From the NCBI GenBank assembly GCA_937896895.1, contig CALBNV010000078.1:1408-65407 (forward strand): DNA of 64,000 nt, given 5' to 3'. Under the pieces are notes generated by a model. That model was not told the origin of the DNA and did no database searches. It saw nothing but the letters and a program-made list of their open reading frames with translations. This document shows positions 37,403-46,554 of the stretch, in pieces. The stretch comes from an uncultured Bacteroidales bacterium (GTDB lineage: Bacteria > Bacteroidota > Bacteroidia > Bacteroidales > F082). Numbering within the stretch: the first letter of the stretch is position 1; every line of letters begins with the position of its first letter. A program made the position numbers and the translations under genes.

Positions 37403-38707
37403 ATGAGACATGTCCTTTCTTTATGGTTTGTCTTGCTAACTTGCAGTGTGTTTTCGCAAAATAGCAACGTGTTGAATGTCAGTGTAATGGTGGCTGATTC
37501 AACTGGAAAGGCAATAAAAGACGTAGCCATATACAACTCAAAACAAAAAGTCATTGGTATTACCGACAGTTACGGAACTGCCACAATATCTGTAAATTAT
37601 GGTGATTTTGTGGCATTTTCGCATATCAGTTTCGAAACGTTAAGGGTAAGCGTTTCCGACAAGAGCAACATGCTCATCATCATGAATGAAAAGAAGAACA
37701 TGTTACCTGAAGTTGAAATTGTTGAAAACACGCCTCATCTGGCATATAACAACAAGGACGTTTGGATTGTCGATTACACCGTCGGCGAAGAAGGAATCTT
37801 TGCCATTACCACCACTGGAAGAAATTCGCATCTGTTACATCTCGGATTTGAACAAGACACGTTGTCAAAAAAGGAAATAAGCACCAAATACGAGCACATC
37901 ACACGAGATGTCTTCGGGAACATCCATCTGATTGGTCCTGACTCAACTTATCAAGTGTATTCCGACAGACAAACAATGCATCTTTTGTACGGTGCGACTT
38001 TGGGGAAATACAATGAAACCTTCGCGCCGATTGCCACACTGACAGACAGCATTCTCGTGACAAAGAAATCGTTTTACGACGGACAGGAGATTGCGTTTTT
38101 TAAAGTAAATCTTAACAATAAGAAAAGCGTGTTTCTTTGCGATGTTTATAGCGAGGCCAAAGAAATGGCGAAAAATTGGAACAGAGACAATGTAAGACTA
38201 CAACGTATTCTGAATTCCGACTTGGAACTCTTTTACAGCCCGATTGAACGACCAGAACACCGAGCGGAAATCAAGGAGAACATGCTTAAACGCCTTATGT
38301 TAAAAGAAATTTACGCACCAGTATTTAACATTGAAAATCACGTCTTTATCTTTGATTTTAACAAAAACGCCATCTATAAATATAACAAAGTCGGGGATTA
38401 TGAAGACAGAATTGAAATTGTATTTCATAGAGGTTTTCGTAACAGCATCGAAAAAAAATGGTGCAACAACATCATTTTCGACACATCGAGGCAGGAATGC
38501 TATGCACAGTTTTTGGAAGACGGTATTGTGACATTAAAAAAAATTGACCTAAAAAATGGCAATGTGATTGGTACCTATATACTTGATGCTCACGTTTTTC
38601 CGACAAACATTCAAGTTTATGATGGCGTTGTTTATTATCAATTCATTGATGTCCGTCAAACTTACGGACAAGATTGCAGAAGTTTATACAAAATGACTTT
38701 AAAATGA
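37403..38707 (+). CDS. secreted hypothetical protein with N-terminal carboxypeptidase-regulatory-like domain
   Basis: 434 aa with signal peptide MRHVLSLWFVLLTCSVFSQ. The CarboxypepD_reg-like segment is NVSVMVADSTGKAIKDVAIYNSKQKVIGITDSYGTATI. The remainder is unknown. Confidence 0.6.
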   Translation: MRHVLSLWFVLLTCSVFSQNSNVLNVSVMVADSTGKAIKDVAIYNSKQKVIGITDSYGTATISVNYGDFVAFSHISFETLRVSVSDKSNMLIIMNEKKNMLPEVEIVENTPHLAYNNKDVWIVDYTVGEEGIFAITTTGRNSHLLHLGFEQDTLSKKEISTKYEHITRDVFGNIHLIGPDSTYQVYSDRQTMHLLYGATLGKYNETFAPIATLTDSILVTKKSFYDGQEIAFFKVNLNNKKSVFLCDVYSEAKEMAKNWNRDNVRLQRILNSDLELFYSPIERPEHRAEIKENMLKRLMLKEIYAPVFNIENHVFIFDFNKNAIYKYNKVGDYEDRIEIVFHRGFRNSIEKKWCNNIIFDTSRQECYAQFLEDGIVTLKKIDLKNGNVIGTYILDAHVFPTNIQVYDGVVYYQFIDVRQTYGQDCRSLYKMTLK

Positions 38708-38869
38708 TAATCGTTGAAAATAAAAAATATTTGTGCAGTTAATAAAATCGTATCTTTGCGCACGAATTTTTGGGAATGCGTGTCTCGAATCGTCAAAAGC
38801 AGATTGTGAATTCTGTTGGTTTGGACGGTGAAATGAAATAAAATAAAATAAATTGAATTACAATAACTT

Positions 38870-40723
38870 ATGAAAAGACACTTACTTGCAATCATTGCCA
38901 TCATGATGATGGCATTCAACGCAAAAGCCCAGACAAGCGGACAATGCGGCGATAACCTTACGTGGAATTTTGACTCGTCAACAGGAACACTGACAATTAG
39001 TGGGACAGGTGACATGTGGGATGGTGTCTGTCCGTGGTGGGACTATTACCACCAGGTGACAGATTTAGTAATTGGCAACTCGGTAACATCAACAGGTGCC
39101 GGAGCGTTCGCAAATCATCCAAATTTGACAAACGTTACTTTGGGTAATTCTTTGATCAGTATTGGCGAATGTTCTTTTATGGGTTGCACAAAAATGCTAT
39201 CAGTTGAAATTCCAAATTCAGTGTTGTCAATTGGTGACGAGGCGTTTTGTGCATGTTATCAGTTGTGCGATGTAACTATCGGAAATTCAGTTACTTATAT
39301 AGGCGAATCGGCGTTTGAAAGCAGTGGTATCACTTCGATTGTTATTCCTGATTCTGTAGTTACTTTGGGTGGTAGTGTTTTTCACCAATGTAGAGATTTG
39401 GAATCGGTTGTTATCGGGGATTCTGTGATTGCCATACCGGAAAATGCTTTCGGAATGTGTTACAAGTTAAAATCTGTAACAATTGGAAACTCTGTTGTGT
39501 CTATTGGTGGTTATGCTTTCCTTTGGTGCATGGAATTGGAGAACGTGACACTGGGCAACTCTTTGGAAGCTATTGGTGAAATGGCTTTTAGTGAGTGTAT
39601 CAATCTGAAAAACATCGAATTTCCAAATTCATTGAAAACGATAGGTCAAGAGGCGTTTGATGGTGTTGAATTAGAAAGTCTTACATTTGGAAATTCGTTG
39701 GTTTACATAGGAAGACAAGCGTTTTATAACAATTCCCAACTACAATCATTGACGTTTCAGAACTCGCCGTGTACTATAGCAAAAAGTGCTTTTTCATCTT
39801 GTTATGCATTGCAATCTGTCGAATTTGGGAATGCAATAGAAAGCATCGACACGTTGGCATTTTCAGGTTGCCCTATCAGATTGTTGGAGCTGCCGAACTC
39901 GTTGGTACATTTGGGCGACAGGGCATTCAGCGGTAACGATGAGTTGAGAAAAGTCACAATTCCAGCATCTCTTACATCACTTGAAGGCAATGTTTTCACT
40001 TTTTGCCATTATCTTGAGGAAATCATTGTCGATGCAAACAATCCGAAATACGACAGTCGTGATAATTGCAACGCAATAATTGAAACCGAAACGAATACGT
40101 TGATAACGGGTTGCAGAGCCACGTCTTTACCATATTCCGTAGAGGTTATTGGTCGGGAGGCTTTCGCCGGAGCGGGGATGCTCACGTCAATAGATATTGT
40201 CGGACAAGTCAACACTATTGGAGAATATGCCTTCCGTGATTGTACATATTTATCGGATGTCATAATAGGAGATCATGTTGAAACTATTGGCAGTCGAGCG
40301 TTTTATTCAGACTACAATATCAGAGAGATCAGTTGCCATGCGGTGATTCCGCCTGTTTGCGCTGACGATGTTTTTGAACAGGAAGTCGAAGTGTTGGCGA
40401 ATCTTTATGTCCCGAATGGCTGCAAGGAAGCGTATGAAACCTCGCCCAAGTGGATGAATTTCCTGAATATCATCGAACGCGCTGTCGATGTCAATGAAAC
40501 ATCTTTATCCGCTGTTTCCATCAGTCCAAATCCCGCTTCGGATTTCATCAACATTACCTGTGAAAACATGAAATCAATCGAAATCTTGTCGTTGGAAGGA
40601 AAAATCATCAAGAATACGATGGTTTCAGGCAACATAACACAGATTGACATCAGCGATTTAAACAGTGGGGTTTATATTTGCAGAATCGATGGTGACAAAA
40701 TTTGGAAAATCATTAAGAAATAG
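38870..40723 (+). CDS. leucine-rich repeat (BspA-like) surface protein with T9SS C-terminal sorting domain
   Basis: 617 aa with a signal peptide. It has many repeats of about 23 aa (IGNSVTSIGxxAFxxCxxL) and a C-terminal ISPNPASDFINI...GVYICRIDGDKIWKIIKK. Confidence 0.85.
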   Translation: MKRHLLAIIAIMMMAFNAKAQTSGQCGDNLTWNFDSSTGTLTISGTGDMWDGVCPWWDYYHQVTDLVIGNSVTSTGAGAFANHPNLTNVTLGNSLISIGECSFMGCTKMLSVEIPNSVLSIGDEAFCACYQLCDVTIGNSVTYIGESAFESSGITSIVIPDSVVTLGGSVFHQCRDLESVVIGDSVIAIPENAFGMCYKLKSVTIGNSVVSIGGYAFLWCMELENVTLGNSLEAIGEMAFSECINLKNIEFPNSLKTIGQEAFDGVELESLTFGNSLVYIGRQAFYNNSQLQSLTFQNSPCTIAKSAFSSCYALQSVEFGNAIESIDTLAFSGCPIRLLELPNSLVHLGDRAFSGNDELRKVTIPASLTSLEGNVFTFCHYLEEIIVDANNPKYDSRDNCNAIIETETNTLITGCRATSLPYSVEVIGREAFAGAGMLTSIDIVGQVNTIGEYAFRDCTYLSDVIIGDHVETIGSRAFYSDYNIREISCHAVIPPVCADDVFEQEVEVLANLYVPNGCKEAYETSPKWMNFLNIIERAVDVNETSLSAVSISPNPASDFINITCENMKSIEILSLEGKIIKNTMVSGNITQIDISDLNSGVYICRIDGDKIWKIIKK

Positions 40724-40850
40724 TTTTAAGAGAGAAATGTTGAGAATGAAGATAACAACGTCATTCTTAACTCTGAAAACTTCTAACTAATATAAAATGA
40801 AATAGTTGCGGAAAAATATATAAAATACAGTAAACCGCTTTTTTGAGAAA

Positions 40851-41558
40851 ATGGATTTAAGTAAGATAAAACTCATTGCCGTCGATGCCGACGACACTCT
40901 CTGGGACAACCAGACCTATTACGACCGCGCGGAGGACGTTTTCACCGAGACGCTGAAGGAATACGGCCCGGCGGCGGAGCTTTCCGAGAAACTGTTTGAG
41001 ATTGAATCGGCGAACATGCCGTTGCTCGGCTACGGCGGCAAGGCGGTCTGCATCTCGATGATGGAGACCGCGCTGAAAATCTCTGATTATAAGATAGATG
41101 GCCGCAAACTGCAGAAAATCATCACAACGGTGAAGTCGTTGTTCTCGATTCCCGTGCCGCCGCTGAAAGGCGTCGCCGAGACATTGCAGGTCATGCGCGA
41201 CTCGCAGCGTTACCGCATAATCCTCCTCACAAAAGGCGACATCCTCGACCAGGAAAACAAAGTCAAGAGGTCGGGGCTTGAAGAGTATTTCGATAAGGTC
41301 GTTGTCGTTTCAAACAAGGGACTCGCTGAATATCAGCGACTTTGCAAAGACGAGAACGTGAAACCTGAAGAGTTCCTGATGATCGGCAATTCGTTCAAGT
41401 CGGATATAAGCCCCGTTTTGGAAATGGGTGGCTACGGAATCCATATCCCGTTCCACACGACGTGGCGGCATGAGGTCGTTGAGACATACGAGCACCCGAA
41501 TGTCGTGAAAATCAGTGAGTTCTCGGAAGTGTTGGATGTTCTGGAAATGAAACGTTGA
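40851..41558 (+). CDS. HAD family hydrolase
   Basis: 235 aa with the DxDxT motif (AVDADDTLW). Downstream HAD motifs are LLTKGD and IGNSFKSD. Confidence 0.8.
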   Translation: MDLSKIKLIAVDADDTLWDNQTYYDRAEDVFTETLKEYGPAAELSEKLFEIESANMPLLGYGGKAVCISMMETALKISDYKIDGRKLQKIITTVKSLFSIPVPPLKGVAETLQVMRDSQRYRIILLTKGDILDQENKVKRSGLEEYFDKVVVVSNKGLAEYQRLCKDENVKPEEFLMIGNSFKSDISPVLEMGGYGIHIPFHTTWRHEVVETYEHPNVVKISEFSEVLDVLEMKR

Positions 41559-41571
41559 GTGTGTTTGGCTT

Positions 41572-42855
41572 TTAATCTTTCAAGCAGCCGATAGGGACAA
41601 CGAGAACGCCATCGGGACGACGGTAGGCGTATGAGCCGACGCCGGTTAAGACCATCATGAATGACGGCTGCGGCATTTTCGTCGTGTCGATTTTGTCGGC
41701 CATTTTCTTGAGCGTCGCCGCCGCTTTTTCGATGTTGTCCAAGCCGCCGAGTTTGATCTCAATCAGGGCATACGAGCCGTTGCGTCGGTGAAGTACCGCA
41801 TCGCATTCAAGGCCTTTCGAGTCGCGGTAATGGAAGATTTTCCCGTCCATGGCATCGGCGTATGTGCGCAGGTCGCGGACTGCCATCGTCTCGAAGAACA
41901 ATCCGAAGCTGCAAAGGTCATTCAAAAGGTCATCGGGGCTTATGCCGAGTGCTGCGGTGGCGATGCTCGGGTCCGTAAAATACCGTGTGTCAGTGCTTTG
42001 TATAGCAATCTTACTTCTTAGATTCGGATTCCATGCGGGCATGTCCTCAATCACAAAAATCTTCCTCAGCGCACCGACATAGTCGGAAATCGTCTCCGAT
42101 GAAATTGATTTGTTGTCATTGTCGATTATCTCGGCGTTCATCTTCTCGAAACTTATTGACGAGCCTTGGTTGCGGGCGTATGACCTGAGAAGCAGACGTG
42201 CACGTTCGCTGCTGCGTCTGATGTTATCAACTCTGTGAATGTCAACATTGTAAATTGCGTCGAAATAATCAAACGCTTCGTCAAGGGCTGCGTTTTTCCT
42301 CAGCAATGTCGATTTCGGCCATCCGCCGCGGCATATAAGAAATGCCAGCTGTTCGATGTTGATGTCGTTTGACGGCGTGCCGAAATCGACCCCGTTGAAG
42401 AGGTCGCTGAGGCTGACGCTTCCCGACGACTCCTCCGATTCCCACAGGCTCATGGTTCTCATCTTGAGCCGTCCTATTCGGCCTGTCCCGCTGTGTATCA
42501 ACGAATCCTGCTCCGGCGGCACGCTGCTTCCCGTCAGGATGAAATGCCCTTCGCCTTGACGCTCGTCAACCTCCGACCTGACCATGTCCCACAGCGGAGT
42601 CATCGTCTGCCACTCGTCAATCAACCTCGGCGTGTCGCCTTCAAGCAACTTCTTCGGCTGCATCTGGAAATCCTGTTGCGCCTCCTTTAAAACAGTAATG
42701 TCGCCCAAATTGAGGATGCTTCCCGCAACTTGTTTGGCGGTCGTAGTCTTGCCGCACCACTTAGGACCCTCAATCAAAATCGCACCTTTCCCTTCAAGCC
42801 TCCGCCGTAGCATATAGTCGGCAATCCTTTGCTTGTATTTTACTTCTTTTGACAT
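41572..42855 (-). CDS. AAA-type ATP-binding protein with DUF4143-like C-terminal domain
   Basis: 427 aa with Walker A GPKWCGKTT. The C-terminal region has the ECDAVL...IEIK pattern typical of this orphan ATPase family. A TATCTTTG -7 box lies at the complement of 42883-42890. Confidence 0.75.
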   Translation of the reverse strand: MSKEVKYKQRIADYMLRRRLEGKGAILIEGPKWCGKTTTAKQVAGSILNLGDITVLKEAQQDFQMQPKKLLEGDTPRLIDEWQTMTPLWDMVRSEVDERQGEGHFILTGSSVPPEQDSLIHSGTGRIGRLKMRTMSLWESEESSGSVSLSDLFNGVDFGTPSNDINIEQLAFLICRGGWPKSTLLRKNAALDEAFDYFDAIYNVDIHRVDNIRRSSERARLLLRSYARNQGSSISFEKMNAEIIDNDNKSISSETISDYVGALRKIFVIEDMPAWNPNLRSKIAIQSTDTRYFTDPSIATAALGISPDDLLNDLCSFGLFFETMAVRDLRTYADAMDGKIFHYRDSKGLECDAVLHRRNGSYALIEIKLGGLDNIEKAAATLKKMADKIDTTKMPQPSFMMVLTGVGSYAYRRPDGVLVVPIGCLKD

Positions 42856-42916
42856 AAAAATTCTATCATTTTATTTCGGCTGCAAAGATACACATTATTT
42901 TGGAGTTACAATATTT

Positions 42917-43100
42917 TTCCGACATTTTTTCTAAAATTTTTCCGACACTTTTCCCAAAGTTATTCCGATACTTTTTCCAAAGTTATTCCGATACTTTTTC
43001 CAAAGTTATTCCGATACTTTTCCCAAAGTTATTCCGATACTTTTCCCAAAGTTATTCCGACACTTTTTCCAAAGTTATTCCGATACTTTTTCCAAAATAT
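42917..43100. repeat. tandem array of 8 x 23-bp units (consensus TTCCGATACTTTTTCCAAAGTTA)
   Basis: Units start at 42917, 42940, 42963, 42986, 43009, 43032, 43055 and 43078, with exact 23-bp phasing. The first and last units are degenerate. Internal variation is limited to GAT/GAC and TTTTTCC/TTTTCCC. Confidence 0.95.
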
Positions 43101-43180
43101 AACTCATTTATATTATTAACCGAATTGAATTTTAATGTATTTTTGCATCTCAAATCAGTTTTGAATTTTACGTTGAAATC

Positions 43181-43531
43181 ATGAACATCGAACAATTCCG
43201 TGAATATTGCTTGTCGCTTCCTTTCGCGACAGAAGACATGCCTTTCGATGATACCGTGTTGGTTTTCAGGCTTAAAGGCAAGATCTTCGGTGCGATAATT
43301 TTAGACAAACCGAATTTGGTCGTTTTGAAATGCGAGCCCGAATATGCTCTTGAACTTCGTGAACATTATCCTGAAATCGAAGGTGCTCACCATTGGAACA
43401 AAAAATATTGGAATCAGATTCATCTCGACGGGCAAATTCCTGATGAACTTGTTGAATCTCTTTGCAGGCATTCTTTCGGCGAAGTGAACAAGAAATTGCC
43501 GAAAAAGGAACAGGTCAAATTTAATTGTTAA
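43181..43531 (+). CDS. MmcQ/YjbR family DNA-binding protein
   Basis: 116 aa, characteristic sequence (FREYCLSLPFATEDMPFDDTVLVFRLKGKIF...HWNKKYWNQI). Confidence 0.8.
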   Translation: MNIEQFREYCLSLPFATEDMPFDDTVLVFRLKGKIFGAIILDKPNLVVLKCEPEYALELREHYPEIEGAHHWNKKYWNQIHLDGQIPDELVESLCRHSFGEVNKKLPKKEQVKFNC

Positions 43532-43555
43532 TAAATATTAACAAAAAATAAGAAA

Positions 43556-44482
43556 ATGTTAAAAAATTTTAAATCACTACTTTTGATTGCTGTAATTGCA
43601 CTCACATTTGCTTCTTGCGAAGATGAAAGAAATACTGTGAGTTATTGGGAAACTGACGAGGCCTGGTTTCAGACCGGAAAGGAAATCGATGAAAACTTTG
43701 TCGATGCCTTTTATATTGTTTCCACAAATGTCATGCGCTCTTTTGATTCTTTGGGGAAGGAACATTATACGGCGGTTCTGGACGAAAACGAAAGAAAGAC
43801 CTTGGCGATTGAAATGGAATTTGTCCAAAAGACAATTTTCCCCGATTCGATAAATTACTATTCGCCTTATTATCATCAGTTTACGATGAGTACCTTGGCG
43901 TTGTCTCAAGATGATTTCGAGGTGATTTATGACAGTGTGAAAAATGAAGTCTTCGACGCGTTCGATTATTATATGCGGACATGGAATAACGGCCGACGTT
44001 TTGTGATAATCGGCTTCAGCCAGGGTGCGATGATGACAAAGGAACTCCTGAAATATATTGACAGTGAACAATATAGCCGTCTTGTTGCGGCATACGTGAT
44101 TGGAAACGGAATAAGTGAAGAGGATTTGGAATGCGAACATATTGTCCCTGCGGAATCGGCGTCAGACACCGGCGTCACAATCTCGTTCAACTCGGTGGAA
44201 AGTCCCGACGGCATCTGGACGCCTGTCTATGAAAACTCCGTAACATGCATAAATCCAATAAATTGGACCACCGACGCAACTCCGGCCGATTTCAGTTTCG
44301 GCGGGCAGAATGTTACAGCAACGGTTGACACCGTCTTGAATGTCGTGATAGTTGAGGATTTTGAAAAACCGGAACTGCCATTCACAGAGGTATGGCCGGA
44401 AGACTGTCTGCATTTCTATGACATACAGTTTTATAATAACTCATTGAGAGAGAACGTCTTATTAAGAGCCTACAAACGTTAA
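43556..44482 (+). CDS. lipoprotein, alpha/beta-hydrolase-like (DUF3089-like, tentative)
   Basis: 308 aa with a lipobox (LTFASC) and nucleophile elbow GFSQG. Confidence 0.5.
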   Translation: MLKNFKSLLLIAVIALTFASCEDERNTVSYWETDEAWFQTGKEIDENFVDAFYIVSTNVMRSFDSLGKEHYTAVLDENERKTLAIEMEFVQKTIFPDSINYYSPYYHQFTMSTLALSQDDFEVIYDSVKNEVFDAFDYYMRTWNNGRRFVIIGFSQGAMMTKELLKYIDSEQYSRLVAAYVIGNGISEEDLECEHIVPAESASDTGVTISFNSVESPDGIWTPVYENSVTCINPINWTTDATPADFSFGGQNVTATVDTVLNVVIVEDFEKPELPFTEVWPEDCLHFYDIQFYNNSLRENVLLRAYKR

Positions 44483-44568
44483 ATTTTATTTACAATTAAA
44501 AGTTAATAATTCTTTACAAATGGTGAAAACGGATTTTGTAAGAAAATATTCAAATATCGTAAAATTAC

Positions 44569-45279
44569 ATGATAATGAATAAATTATACGATACAATGCT
44601 GTCAAAACGCGATGATTCTCAAGTTGCGGGATTATCACGTTTCTTCAAGACCGGCAAAGGACAATACGGCGAAGGTGACAAGTTTCTTGGCATTAAAGTC
44701 CCGGTGACACGAGGCGTTGTCAAGGAACTTTGGAAAGAGACGACTTTCGACGAGCTTGAAGAATGCATCGCGAGCGAATATCACGAGGTCAGGCTCGCCG
44801 CGCTTTTGACACTTGTGCAGATATTCAAACACTCTAAAAATATCAGAAAAGAGTGCGTTGATTTTTATCTTTCTCATACTCAATACATTAATAATTGGGA
44901 TCTGGTCGATTTGAGCTGTTACGAGATTCTTGGCGCATGGCTTCTCGACAAGGACAGGACGTTGCTTTATGACCTTGCCGGAAACGGGAAAACCATCTGG
45001 GAGCAACGAATCGGGATTGTCAGCACGATGGCGTTCATTAGGAATGGCGAGCTTGACGACACTTATAAAATCGCCGACATTTTCCTTGAAAAGCCTTTGC
45101 CGTTGCATGACTTGCTGCAAAAAGCCGTCGGCTGGCTTGTGCGTGATGCGGGCAAACGCGACATGGACCGTCTTCGCGAATGGCTGGAGCCGCGACATGA
45201 AACGATGCCGCGGACGATGTTGCGGTACGCGATAGAGAAACTGCCTGAAGGGGAGAGGAAAGGGTATCTGAAGCAATAA
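44569..45279 (+). CDS. DNA alkylation repair protein (AlkD-like HEAT-repeat glycosylase family)
   Basis: 236 aa (RFFKTGKGQYGEGDKFLGIKVPVTR...NNWDLVD...WEQRI). Confidence 0.8.
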   Translation: MIMNKLYDTMLSKRDDSQVAGLSRFFKTGKGQYGEGDKFLGIKVPVTRGVVKELWKETTFDELEECIASEYHEVRLAALLTLVQIFKHSKNIRKECVDFYLSHTQYINNWDLVDLSCYEILGAWLLDKDRTLLYDLAGNGKTIWEQRIGIVSTMAFIRNGELDDTYKIADIFLEKPLPLHDLLQKAVGWLVRDAGKRDMDRLREWLEPRHETMPRTMLRYAIEKLPEGERKGYLKQ

Positions 45280-45305
45280 AAAAAGCACTCGGTTGAGTGC
45301 TTTTT
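45280..45305. terminator. bidirectional rho-independent terminator
   Basis: AAAAAGCACTC-GGTT-GAGTGCTTTTT lies between the convergent alkD-like and rplS genes. Confidence 0.7.
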
Positions 45306-45323
45306 CTTCTTTCAAGTCGTTGA

Positions 45324-45686
45324 TTAGTTTTCTTTCTTCTTGAGAACTTCCTTGATTCTTGCTTTCTTTCCGCGGAGACCTCTGAGGTAGTAAATCCTTG
45401 CCCTGCGGACTGAACCGATCTTGTTGACTTCGATGCTGTCAATCATCGGGTCTGCAATCGGGAAGATTCTCTCAACGCCGACGTTGTTGGAAATTTTTCT
45501 GACTGTGAACGTTGCCACCTTGCCTTCACCAGCACGTTGAAGCACAACACCCTGGAATTTCTGCAAACGCTCCTTGTTTCCTTCAACAATCTTGTAAGTC
45601 ACGGTGATGGTGTCACCTGACTTGAATTGCGGAAAATCTTTCACTTGTACTTGATTTTCAACAAATTGGATTAACGGGTTTTTCAT
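45324..45686 (-). CDS. rplS: 50S ribosomal protein L19
   Basis: 120 aa with the canonical L19 sequence (FKSGDTITVTYKIVEGNKERLQKFQGVVLQ...VRRARIYYLR). Confidence 0.95.
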   Translation of the reverse strand: MKNPLIQFVENQVQVKDFPQFKSGDTITVTYKIVEGNKERLQKFQGVVLQRAGEGKVATFTVRKISNNVGVERIFPIADPMIDSIEVNKIGSVRRARIYYLRGLRGKKARIKEVLKKKEN

Positions 45687-45766
45687 TTTATTTATTATTT
45701 ATTTGTTTAATTTTCTGACTTTAAAAAAACGTGCAAATATATAAAAAAAATCAATGCACAAAACAT

Positions 45767-46459
45767 TTATTTATTTTTTTTCAAAAATTCGTACATCTCC
45801 GGCCTTCTGGCTTTTGTCCTCTCTAATGCCTGCTGGTATTTCCAGGCGTTTATGACCGCGTCGTTGCCCGACAGAAGCACGTCGGGGACGGCCCATCCTT
45901 TGTACTCGCGCGGCCTTGTGTAAACCGGCGGTGACACCATCCCGTCCTGAAAAGAGTCGGAAAGCGCCGATGTCTCGTCGGAGAGAGCGCCGGGGATTAA
46001 CCGGACGAGGCTGTCGGTGAGTACCGCCGCGGCAAGCTCGCCACCTGAAAGGACGTAGTCGCCGATAGAGATTTCCATTGTCACCAAATGTTCGCGGATG
46101 CGCTCGTCGATGCCTTTGTAATGCCCGCAAAGCATGATGAGGTTCTGGTTCATAGATAGCTGATTGGCAACAGGTTGCGTGAGCATGATGCCGTCAGGAC
46201 TCATGTAGATGACTTCATCGTAATCGCGTTCCGATTTGAGTTTTGAGATACAGTTGTCAACTGGCTCAATCATCATCACCATGCCGGCGCCGGCCGAAAA
46301 CGGATAGTCGTCAACACGCTTGTGTTTGTCGGTACTGTAGTCGCGAAGGTTGTGTAAATGTATGTCAACCAAGCCTTTGTTGATTGCTCTCTTTACAATG
46401 GATTCGGTGAACGGGCCGTTGAACATTTCCGGAAAAATGGTGATGATGTCTATGCGCAT
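45767..46459 (-). CDS. trmD: tRNA (guanine37-N1)-methyltransferase
   Basis: Starts [13 protein letters not shown] at the complement of 46457-46459, with motifs [11 protein letters not shown] and GDYVLSGGE. It lies upstream of rplS, as in the conserved operon. Confidence 0.9.
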   Translation of the reverse strand: MRIDIITIFPEMFNGPFTESIVKRAINKGLVDIHLHNLRDYSTDKHKRVDDYPFSAGAGMVMMIEPVDNCISKLKSERDYDEVIYMSPDGIMLTQPVANQLSMNQNLIMLCGHYKGIDERIREHLVTMEISIGDYVLSGGELAAAVLTDSLVRLIPGALSDETSALSDSFQDGMVSPPVYTRPREYKGWAVPDVLLSGNDAVINAWKYQQALERTKARRPEMYEFLKKNK

Positions 46460-46554
46460 TTTGTATAATTGTTGAAAAAAATTCAAGTTGCAAAATTAGT
46501 AAAAAATTCAAAAAAAATTGTACTTTTGCAGCCGTATTAATAAAGGTATAAAAG

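Noticed and set aside
42900-43184. 94-aa ORF with an internally repetitive sequence (FPKLFRYF.QSYSDTFSKVIPIL repeated)
   Set aside because: The periodicity is simply 3 x 23 bp of the tandem DNA array read in frame. There is no independent coding evidence. It is also not a CRISPR array, because the units are contiguous with no spacers.
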